From Candidatus Nitrospira inopinata (lineage in GTDB: Bacteria; Nitrospirota; Nitrospiria; Nitrospirales; Nitrospiraceae): 32,000 bases of DNA. Under the pieces are notes generated by a model. The model made no database searches. It was not told where the DNA came from and saw only the letters and a list, made by a program, of their open reading frames with translations. Shown piece after piece: positions 7,190 through 14,618 of the stretch (position 1 is its first letter; each line of letters starts with the position of its first letter). The translations under genes and the position numbers were made by a program. The DNA is taken from NCBI RefSeq assembly GCF_001458695.1, contig NZ_LN885086.1:1890001-1922000 (forward strand). Reading direction: 5' to 3'.

Positions 7190-8131
7190 ATGGGGCGTGA
7201 ACTGACTATTGTCAATCATGACGGCGACGCCTGCACCTATCTGTGGGCTTGCGCGATCTGCGACGAGAACGAACGGTGTCAAAAAGACAAAGAAGGGCAC
7301 AGCCGTTGGCTCGTCGGCAAGCGGATGCAGCGGGTCGAGCACAAGGTGCTCATCATGAGCAATAAGGGGGGCGTGGGCAAGAGCACCTGCACGACGAACA
7401 TCGCGGTGAGTCTTGCTCTCAAGGGGTGGCACGTCGGAATCTGCGACATGGACATCCATGGCCCCAACATTCCCAAGATGGTGGGCGCCGAGGGCCAAAG
7501 ACTGAAAATCAGCACCGGCGGCGGCATCATCCCGTTCCAGGCCTACAATCTGAAAATCGCGTCGATGTCGTTTCTGCTCCAGAGCTCAGACGATCCCATC
7601 ATCTGGCGCGACGCGTACAAGTATGAGTTCATCAATCAACTGCTGGGCGGCGTCGAATGGCAGGACCTGAATTTTTTGCTCATCGATCTTCCGCCCGGGA
7701 CGGGGAACGAATCGGTGACGACGGTCGATCTCCTGGGACGGGTCAGCGGCGCCGTGATCGTGACCACGCCGCAGGAAGTGGCCTTGCTTGATTCTCGAAA
7801 ATCGGTCACCTTCTGTAAGGACAGCGACGTGCCGATCATCGGCATCGTCGAAAACATGAGCGGATTGGAATGTCCGCATTGCCGCGGACACATCGACGTG
7901 TTTCGGCGGGGAGGCGGCGAAGCGTCCGCGCGGGAGATGGGGGTGCCGTTTCTCGGGCGTATTCCGCTGGACCCCGAGGTGGTCACCCAATCGGACGCCG
8001 GGGAGCCGTTTGCGCTTTTCAATTCCGATACGCCCACGGCGGAGGCTTATCATCGCATCGCCGATCAGGTCGAAACGTTCTGTAGGAGAAACGAGTCGTC
8101 GTTGAAAGGGACGGCGTCTCGGAAAAGCTAA
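7190..8131 (+). CDS. apbC: Mrp/NBP35 (ApbC) family Fe-S cluster carrier ATPase with an N-terminal Cys-rich extension
   Basis: Deviant Walker A SNKGGVGKST, the CPHC motif (CPHCRGHIDVF), and an N-terminal C-x5-C-x2-C-x5-C motif. Confidence 0.9.
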   Translation: MGRELTIVNHDGDACTYLWACAICDENERCQKDKEGHSRWLVGKRMQRVEHKVLIMSNKGGVGKSTCTTNIAVSLALKGWHVGICDMDIHGPNIPKMVGAEGQRLKISTGGGIIPFQAYNLKIASMSFLLQSSDDPIIWRDAYKYEFINQLLGGVEWQDLNFLLIDLPPGTGNESVTTVDLLGRVSGAVIVTTPQEVALLDSRKSVTFCKDSDVPIIGIVENMSGLECPHCRGHIDVFRRGGGEASAREMGVPFLGRIPLDPEVVTQSDAGEPFALFNSDTPTAEAYHRIADQVETFCRRNESSLKGTASRKS

Positions 8132-8144
8132 GGGCGGTCGTTCG

Positions 8145-9449
8145 ATGGCTCATCGACAAGACGGCATGGACCGATTGACTCCTCTTGATGAGGCCCGGCG
8201 CGTGGTGCTCGACGCCGTAACCGCTCTGGGCGTGGAGAAGGTTTCCGTTCTCGACGCGCTCGGGCGAACGCTCGGAGAGGACGTCGTCGCCGAGCGGGAC
8301 AATCCGCCGTGGAACAACAGCGCCATGGACGGATTCGCGGTGCGCTGGGAAGATATCAGGCAAGAGCACGCGATTCAGAGACCGGTGACGCTGAGGGTGA
8401 TCGAAGAAGTGCCGGCCGGCAAAATGCCGTCGAAAACGGTTCGAGCCGGAGAGGCGATCAGAATCATGACCGGCGCGCCGATTCCGCAGGGGGCGGACAC
8501 GGTCGTGAAGGTTGAGGATACGGAGCCCCAGGCGGGGACGGTCCGCGTCTTCAAACCGGAGCCGCGGGGCGCCAACATTCGTCTGCAGGGCGAAGACGTG
8601 ACGAAGGGCGCGTGCATCATCGAAAAGGGCGCGCTGATTCGACCCGCGGAAGTGGGCATGCTGGCCGTTCTGGCGAAGCCGTTCGTGTTTGTCCATCAGC
8701 GGCCGCGCGTCGCGATTCTGTCGACGGGAGATGAACTGGCCGATCTCGACGAGCGTCCGAGCGACGACAAGATCGTCAACTCGAACAGCTACGGGATCGC
8801 CGCGGCCGTGCAGGAGGCCGGAGGCGTTCCGTTGCTGCTCGGCATCGCGCGCGATACGCAGGTTGCGCTGAAAGAAAAAATCTTCCAGGGAATGAGCGCG
8901 GACATGTTGGTTCTCTCGGGCGGGGTCTCCATGGGAGACTACGACTTTACCAAGGCCGTGTTCCAAGAGATCGGCGCCGGGATGAATTTCTGGAAACTGG
9001 CGATCAAGCCCGGTCAGCCGCTCGCTTTTGGCAAAATCCAGGGAAAGCCGGCCTTCGGGTTGCCGGGAAATCCCGTTTCTTCGATGGTCACGTTCGAGCA
9101 ACTGGTCCGCCCGGCCATCCTCAAAATGGCGGGATGCCGAACGTACGGACGCCCGACCGTTGAGGCGGTGTTTCAAGAACATTTTTCAAAGCGGCCCGAC
9201 CGGCGGCATTTCCTGCGAGGGATCCTGACTCGTGAACAAGGGGTATTCAAAGTTCGGACGACGGGCGACCAGGGGTCCGGCATTCTCACCTCAATGGTCA
9301 AGGCCAACTGCCTGATCGACGTTCCGGTCGAGATTGAGAAACTCAATCCGGGAGATTCCGTGACGGTTCAGCTCTTGAGCGGTGAGGCCTGGGCCGCCGA
9401 TGCGGACCGTTTCGATCATCCCGGAGGACCTCGATCGTCCTGCTGTTAG
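8145..9449 (+). CDS. moeA: Molybdopterin molybdotransferase MoeA
   Basis: Motifs MDGFAVR, GGVSMGDYDF, GLPGNPVSS and the overall MoeA length. The gene starts 13 nt after the mrp stop. Confidence 0.9.
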   Translation: MAHRQDGMDRLTPLDEARRVVLDAVTALGVEKVSVLDALGRTLGEDVVAERDNPPWNNSAMDGFAVRWEDIRQEHAIQRPVTLRVIEEVPAGKMPSKTVRAGEAIRIMTGAPIPQGADTVVKVEDTEPQAGTVRVFKPEPRGANIRLQGEDVTKGACIIEKGALIRPAEVGMLAVLAKPFVFVHQRPRVAILSTGDELADLDERPSDDKIVNSNSYGIAAAVQEAGGVPLLLGIARDTQVALKEKIFQGMSADMLVLSGGVSMGDYDFTKAVFQEIGAGMNFWKLAIKPGQPLAFGKIQGKPAFGLPGNPVSSMVTFEQLVRPAILKMAGCRTYGRPTVEAVFQEHFSKRPDRRHFLRGILTREQGVFKVRTTGDQGSGILTSMVKANCLIDVPVEIEKLNPGDSVTVQLLSGEAWAADADRFDHPGGPRSSCC

Positions 9450-9583
9450 GGCATCGGTGAGGATGATCGCCACCCCGATGTATCGCCCTTGAATCGATCG
9501 CAAGAGAAAGAGAGACGCCGCAACTGTTCAATGAGCCAGGCGGCGGTTTCGTTGTCGCACAGGCGTTGTATCGTTGCCGGATC

Positions 9584-10114
9584 ATGACCATGACGGCGAT
9601 TCCGATCATCTGTTTCGTCGGGCGATCAAACAGCGGGAAAACCACCTTCATCGAGCGCCTGATTCCCGAATTGGTTCGCGTCGGCTATAAAGTGGCGACG
9701 GTGAAGCATGCCGGACACGGGTTTGATTTGGACACGGAAGGCAAGGACAGTTGGCGCCATAAACGCGCGGGAGCCAGCAGCGTCGTGGTCCTGTCAAAGG
9801 GGAGTATGGCGCTTTTCGCCGACGTGTCGGATCAGTTGAAAGTCGAGGACGTGCGGGATCGGTTTCTGGACGACAGTTATGATTTGATTATCGCCGAGGG
9901 ATGGAAGCACGAAGGGTATTCAAAGATTCTCATCATCCGCGACCAACCGGGGGAAATTCCCATCTCGACGGAGGGGTTGCTGGCGGTCGTGTCGGACAAG
10001 CCGGCGGATTTCGGCGTTCCGGTCTTCGGTCTGGACGATGTGCCGGCGGTTGCCGCGCTCATCGTGCGACATTTCCCCCGACGCGCTCGATCGGCGCATG
10101 AGCTGGAAACCTAG
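9584..10114 (+). CDS. mobB: Molybdopterin-guanine dinucleotide biosynthesis adapter protein MobB
   Basis: IICFVGRSNSGKTTFIERL...VATVKHAGHGFDLDTEGKDSWRHKRAGA is the MobB signature. I prefer the ATG at 9584 to the TTG at 9566. Confidence 0.85.
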   Translation: MTMTAIPIICFVGRSNSGKTTFIERLIPELVRVGYKVATVKHAGHGFDLDTEGKDSWRHKRAGASSVVVLSKGSMALFADVSDQLKVEDVRDRFLDDSYDLIIAEGWKHEGYSKILIIRDQPGEIPISTEGLLAVVSDKPADFGVPVFGLDDVPAVAALIVRHFPRRARSAHELET

Positions 10115-10796
10115 CGCGCTTATACTGGGTTTCGTCGCCGGAGCGATCGCGCTCGTCGCCGTCGCGGCCCCTCTCACCGACCAACCGACGTTCTGCGCCG
10201 GCTGTCATCTCATCGCGCCTTCCTATGAAAGCTGGGCCGCTTCCTCCCACAGAACCGTGACGTGCGTGGCGTGCCATGTGAGGCCGGGAATCGGAGGGTG
10301 GATGCACGATAAGGTCTGGGTCGGGGTGCGGGATACGGTCCGCTATCTGTCCGGGACCCATCCCGACGCGCACAATTTGAAAGCGCACGTCGAGTCCGAT
10401 CTCTGTCTGAGCTGCCATCGTAATATCGGCCGGGTTTCCGAAGTGGCCCCTCGAGACCTGCCGTCGCCGGTCAAGGATGTGGGCCTCATCATGAGTCATG
10501 GGAAGCACATGCAGGCGTTTGAGGCTCGGCGGCAGGGAGAAGGCTGCACGACGTGCCATGCCGGCGTCGTGCACGATCGGCCGATCAAGGGGTATCCCAT
10601 CGTGATTCCGAGAGGTCACGTCTCCGCCGATGACAAGCCATGGTCTCCCGACCGTCCGGAAGGCTCGTACCTCCACGAGAGGGCGCTCAGCGACTGTTTC
10701 CGATGCCATGATGGAAAGACCCGGTATCAAGGGAAGGTCTTGGACCGCAAGTGCGATACCTGTCACCTTGCGGAAAAGATCGCCGCGTTCTTGTAA
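10098..10796 (+). CDS. Membrane-anchored multihaem cytochrome c, NapC/NirT/NrfH-like N-terminus, six CXXCH motifs
   Basis: One N-terminal TM helix (LILGFVAGAIALVAVAAPL), then FCAGCH...SSH...CVACHV (NapC/NirT-type spacing), followed by CLSCH, CTTCH, CFRCH and CDTCH. The ATG at 10098 overlaps the end of mobB by 17 nt. Confidence 0.8.
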   Translation: MSWKPSALILGFVAGAIALVAVAAPLTDQPTFCAGCHLIAPSYESWAASSHRTVTCVACHVRPGIGGWMHDKVWVGVRDTVRYLSGTHPDAHNLKAHVESDLCLSCHRNIGRVSEVAPRDLPSPVKDVGLIMSHGKHMQAFEARRQGEGCTTCHAGVVHDRPIKGYPIVIPRGHVSADDKPWSPDRPEGSYLHERALSDCFRCHDGKTRYQGKVLDRKCDTCHLAEKIAAFL

Positions 10797-10814
10797 AGGA
10801 TCTCCCTCTCCGCC

Positions 10815-11555
10815 ATGACGGCCCCCGTTCTTCAGGTGACCAATCTGTGCAAACGGTTCGGCGATTTCACCGCCGTCGACGACGTTTCGTTTTCGATGCA
10901 GCCGGGAGAGATTCTCGGATTGCTCGGCCCCAACGGGGCCGGCAAGACGACGACGATTCACATGTTGCTCGGGCTTATTACTCCGACGGCGGGATCGATT
11001 CGGGTGTTCGGGTTGGACCTTTCGACTCACCGGGAAACGATTCTGGAGAGGGTGAATTTTTCGTCAACGTACATTTCGATGCCGCAGTCGCTGACCGTCG
11101 AGGAAAATCTTTGGGTCGTGGCCAGGCTGTACGGGATGGTCGATATCGCCAGGCGCGTGGACCAAGTCCTGAAAAAGCTGGAGATCGAAGAGCTTCGCCG
11201 AAAAGTGACGCGGCATCTGTCGTCGGGGCAATTGACGCGGCTGACTTTGGCCAAGGCGTTCCTCACGGAGCCGAAGATTCTTTTTCTCGATGAGCCGACC
11301 GCCAGCTTGGACCCTGACATCGCGCAGAAGATTCGAGCCTTGCTCAAAGAGGCGAGACGATCGTCGGGGATCAGCATTCTCTATACGTCCCATAATATGC
11401 GGGAAATGGAGGAGATGTCGGACCGGATCATTTTCCTTCAACGAGGCAAGATCGTCGCGGAGGGCACGGCTCGGCAAATTGTCGCCAGGTTCGGCCAGGC
11501 CGATCTCGAAGAAGTCTTTCTCAAACTGGCGCGAGAGTCGAGGGACGCCGGGTAA
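10815..11555 (+). CDS. ABC transporter ATP-binding protein (ABC-2/DrrA-like exporter type)
   Basis: Walker A GPNGAGKTTT, signature LSSGQ, Walker B ILFLDEPT, H-loop YTSHNM. Confidence 0.9.
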   Translation: MTAPVLQVTNLCKRFGDFTAVDDVSFSMQPGEILGLLGPNGAGKTTTIHMLLGLITPTAGSIRVFGLDLSTHRETILERVNFSSTYISMPQSLTVEENLWVVARLYGMVDIARRVDQVLKKLEIEELRRKVTRHLSSGQLTRLTLAKAFLTEPKILFLDEPTASLDPDIAQKIRALLKEARRSSGISILYTSHNMREMEEMSDRIIFLQRGKIVAEGTARQIVARFGQADLEEVFLKLARESRDAG

Positions 11556-11642
11556 ACCGCGCACGCAGTCGGCTCTGGGGCATAAGAGCGCTGCGCCGCC
11601 GGCATGGCGGGCGGGGACAGGGATGGAAGCCGAAGGCTGTCG

Positions 11643-12434
11643 ATGAAATTACATCGTGTCATCGCGTTGCTGACCAGGCACGTGTATCTGTATCGGCGCA
11701 GTCTGCCTCGCATTATGGAAATTTTTTATTGGCCGTTTTTGGATCTGGTCATCTGGGGGTTCATCACGTTGTATCTTGCCCGCGCGCAAAGCCATCTGCC
11801 CGGATTTGTCGCCTTTTTTCTGGGGGCGCTCATTTTGTGGGATATGCTGTTCCGATCCCATCAGGGGATTACCATTTCCTTTCTTGAGGAAGTGTGGGCC
11901 AGGAATCTCATGAATCTCTTTGCCAGCCCTCTCAACCCGGGAGAATTTCTGGCGGCGACGATGCTGATGAGCATTTTCAAAGTGACGTGTGTCTCGGTGG
12001 TGATGATCCTGTGCGCGCTGGTGTTTTATTCATACAACGTGTTGATGATCGGCCTCTGGCTGATTCCGTTCGTGTTCAATCTGGTGCTCATGGGCTGGGT
12101 GATCGGCGTCTTCACGACGTCGCTCATCATGCGGTTCGGGCAGGAAGCGGAAGTCTTGGCGTGGAGCATGGTGTTTCTGTTTCAACCGATTTCTTGCGTG
12201 TTTTATCCCATGGACATCCTCCCTCGGTGGCTCCAGCCGCTGGCCATGGTGAATCCGGCCGCTCACATTTTCGAAGGGTTGCGGGCCGTCTTGAACGCCG
12301 ACGGTGCGCCGGGTAAAGAGCTGGCCTGGGCGTTTGGTCTGAACGGGTTGCTGCTGGTCGCCGTCATCATGTGGTTTTATCGTACATTCGCCTATTGCAA
12401 GGCCCACGGGCTGCTTGTGCGGGTCGGCGAGTAA
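11643..12434 (+). CDS. ABC-2 type transporter permease
   Basis: About six hydrophobic segments. The N-terminus MKLHRVIALLTRHVYLYRRS is typical of ABC-2 permeases. It follows the ATPase gene on the same strand. Confidence 0.8.
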   Translation: MKLHRVIALLTRHVYLYRRSLPRIMEIFYWPFLDLVIWGFITLYLARAQSHLPGFVAFFLGALILWDMLFRSHQGITISFLEEVWARNLMNLFASPLNPGEFLAATMLMSIFKVTCVSVVMILCALVFYSYNVLMIGLWLIPFVFNLVLMGWVIGVFTTSLIMRFGQEAEVLAWSMVFLFQPISCVFYPMDILPRWLQPLAMVNPAAHIFEGLRAVLNADGAPGKELAWAFGLNGLLLVAVIMWFYRTFAYCKAHGLLVRVGE

Positions 12435-12678
12435 CATTTTTCTAGAACGTTGTAATGAGACCGGCGGTTATGCTAGGTTGTGTCGACACTTCCGCGTAGG
12501 GGCCTGGCGCGGAGTGGCAAGAAGGTGCAGGCCTACAACGCTGATGTTGCCTTGTCCGGGAATTTCGTTGGGAGTCAGACCTGAGTCGCAGTACGGATCG
12601 CGCCTTCGGCCCGTTTCTTCCCCCCTGTTCCTTGCGCTCAAGACAATGTCATCATCTTTTCAGTAAGGAGGAACCCCG

Positions 12679-12999
12679 ATGGGTTCAAAAATCTACGTCG
12701 GCGGGTTGCCGTATTCGGCGACCGAACAGCAATTAAGCGACTTGTTTGCCGCTCACGGGTCCGTGGCGTCCGCGCGGATCATCACCGATAAGTTTACCGG
12801 CCAATCCCGAGGATTCGGATTCGTGGAGATGTCGTCCGACGCGGAAGCACAGGCTGCCATCAGCGCGCTCAATGGTTCCGAGATGGGCGGCCGGACGTTG
12901 ACGGTCAATGAGGCGCGTCCCCAGGAGCCCCGGAGCGGCGGTGGAGGCCGTGGATTCGGCGGTGATCGAAGCGGAGGCGGGAAACGCGATCGCTGGTAA
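12679..12999 (+). CDS. RRM-type RNA-binding protein with a Gly/Arg-rich tail
   Basis: RNP-2 IYVGGL, RNP-1 RGFGFVEM, C-terminal GGGGRGFGGDRSGGG. A strong RBS TAAGGAGG lies upstream of the ATG at 12679. Confidence 0.9.
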   Translation: MGSKIYVGGLPYSATEQQLSDLFAAHGSVASARIITDKFTGQSRGFGFVEMSSDAEAQAAISALNGSEMGGRTLTVNEARPQEPRSGGGGRGFGGDRSGGGKRDRW

Positions 13000-13025
13000 A
13001 TCATCGGATCGTCGTATGTGATCGA

Positions 13026-13061
13026 GGGGCCGCCATTTGAAAATGGCGGCCCCTTTTGCTT
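13026..13061 (+). terminator. Rho-independent terminator of the RRM protein gene
   Basis: GGGGCCGCCATTT / AAATGGCGGCCCC inverted repeat followed by TTTTGCTT. Confidence 0.8.
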
Positions 13062-13180
13062 GGCGCACGGCCCCGTTTCCCCTGTCAAATGTCAAACCAC
13101 AGGCCGGGGCGGTAAGAGCGGTAAGGAATGGGAAGGAACGGCGGTCAAAAGACGGATCATTGTCTAGCCGGGAGCATCAT

Positions 13181-13855
13181 GTGAGCAGCCATACCGGTTT
13201 GATTCAGGCGACGGAGTCGGCGGGGAATCTATCCGAGTTTTCGTTCCATAAGAACCCGGTGCTCGTGGTTGAAAATTTTTGGTCGCCCGATGATTGCCGC
13301 TATTTTCGAGGAGCGATGGCGGAGGCGGCGTGGAAGAGTTTGGAAGAGCTGCCGTCGGTGCGCGCCGATTTTCCGCACGCCGGGAACTGGGCCAAGGCGG
13401 ATATTGCTCCCGTCCACGTCGGGCGGTTGCTGGCCAAACTGCAATTGCCCTGCATTCGCGACTATATCGAGTCGTTTCCCGACATCGTCGGACGCCACAT
13501 GGGGTTCAGTTTTTATTCGTACGCGGCGGGCGATTGCCTGCCCACTCATGATGACACGGATCAGGGGCCTTCAACGGGAGCGAGGCCGGCTCCGTTGCGC
13601 CGCCTCGCACTGGTGGGCTATTTTCACGAAGAATGGAAGCCGGATTGGGGCGGCGAACTGATCCTGTACGCGCAACGGAGACCGTCGGAGTCCAGCTTGC
13701 CCGATCTGGTGCCGACCCATTGTATTGAGCCTCGTCCCGGTTCCCTGGTCATGTTTACCGTTCCCCGTTTTCATCGGGTCTGCAGGGTGGATCCCTCTGC
13801 GGGCAGCCGTCGGCGCTTGTCGGTTGCCGGGTGGTTCATGACGGAACACGCCTAG
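13181..13855 (+). CDS. 2OG-Fe(II) oxygenase superfamily protein (prolyl 4-hydroxylase-like)
   Basis: HxD in LPTHDDTD, WGGELILY, a distal His in PRFHRV, and RRLSVAGWF (2OG-binding Arg). A GTG at 13181 with GGGAG 6 nt upstream is the first start beyond the terminator. The track ORF start at 13037 lies inside the terminator hairpin. Confidence 0.75.
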   Translation: MSSHTGLIQATESAGNLSEFSFHKNPVLVVENFWSPDDCRYFRGAMAEAAWKSLEELPSVRADFPHAGNWAKADIAPVHVGRLLAKLQLPCIRDYIESFPDIVGRHMGFSFYSYAAGDCLPTHDDTDQGPSTGARPAPLRRLALVGYFHEEWKPDWGGELILYAQRRPSESSLPDLVPTHCIEPRPGSLVMFTVPRFHRVCRVDPSAGSRRRLSVAGWFMTEHA

Positions 13856-13878
13856 GGCCGGAAAGACTCGGCGGACCC

Positions 13879-14385
13879 TTATCCGAACCACTTTGTCTCG
13901 TGATCGGTGCCTGCATGGCTCGATCGGCTCAGCATCGGGGGAGCCTGCCGTAAGACTTCTTGAACGAAGCTGACGAGGTTTTGCCGGTCGATCGGCTTCG
14001 TGAGCACCGGAAGCCTCGTGTGAGCGATCCCATGGGCGGCCAATTCTTTCTCGGGGTCCTTGCACACGAGAGCGACCCGCAAATTCCGCCTGGTTTCGGC
14101 AGCCCTGATCGCCAACTCAAACCCGTTGACGTGCGGGAATGGATTGGCGGTCGAGGCCAGTTGGAATTCCGGCGGGGGCAGGACAAGGTCCGCCAGAAGA
14201 AGATGAATGGGGCCGTCATGCTGGGCACACACCTTTAACGCGTCGGAACTGCCGTTGGTCCACAGCACGATAAAGCCGGCTTCCTCAAGGGCGGATTGAG
14301 ACAGTCGAGCGTGAGCCGTTTCGTCGCTGACGAGAAGAATCGTGCGGGCAAGGGCGGACAGTTCGGATGACGATGGTTTCAGCAT
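13879..14385 (-). CDS. Single-domain response regulator (REC only), atypical
   Basis: ILLVSDE acidic pocket, LLLADLVLP phospho-acceptor Asp context, LTKP conserved Lys. The ATG at 14385 has GGAG 7 nt upstream. Confidence 0.7.
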   Translation of the reverse strand: MLKPSSSELSALARTILLVSDETAHARLSQSALEEAGFIVLWTNGSSDALKVCAQHDGPIHLLLADLVLPPPEFQLASTANPFPHVNGFELAIRAAETRRNLRVALVCKDPEKELAAHGIAHTRLPVLTKPIDRQNLVSFVQEVLRQAPPMLSRSSHAGTDHETKWFG

Positions 14386-14618
14386 GGCCGAGCTCCTATG
14401 TCGATCATAATCCTGCGCCCTGTCGGGGGCCAGAAAATCCTTGTTCTCGGCTGGATTATGGCGGATGAACAATCGAGACGACGATCAAGAGATGAGGACT
14501 TGAGGATCAGGAGAAGCCGCCTGAGCCAATGAGAACGTAGCCGAAACGGTTATGTTCATCGAGCCGTTCAGATGCGACACTCCGCCGCGTCATCCGGTGA
14601 TCGACCGGAGGCAGGCGC

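Noticed and set aside
8019-9182. 387-aa ORF antisense to moeA
   Set aside because: It has no recognisable motif and an Arg-rich composition, while the moeA frame on the plus strand has unambiguous family signatures.
10059-11030. 323-aa ORF antisense to the hexahaem cytochrome and ABC ATPase genes
   Set aside because: It spans two well-supported plus-strand genes and their intergenic spacer, and its composition is typical of antisense frames.
12514-12528. Sigma54-like element TGGCAAGAAGGTGCA in the leader of the RRM protein gene
   Set aside because: The GG-to-GC spacing is one nucleotide short of the -24/-12 consensus, and no enhancer-binding protein gene is nearby.
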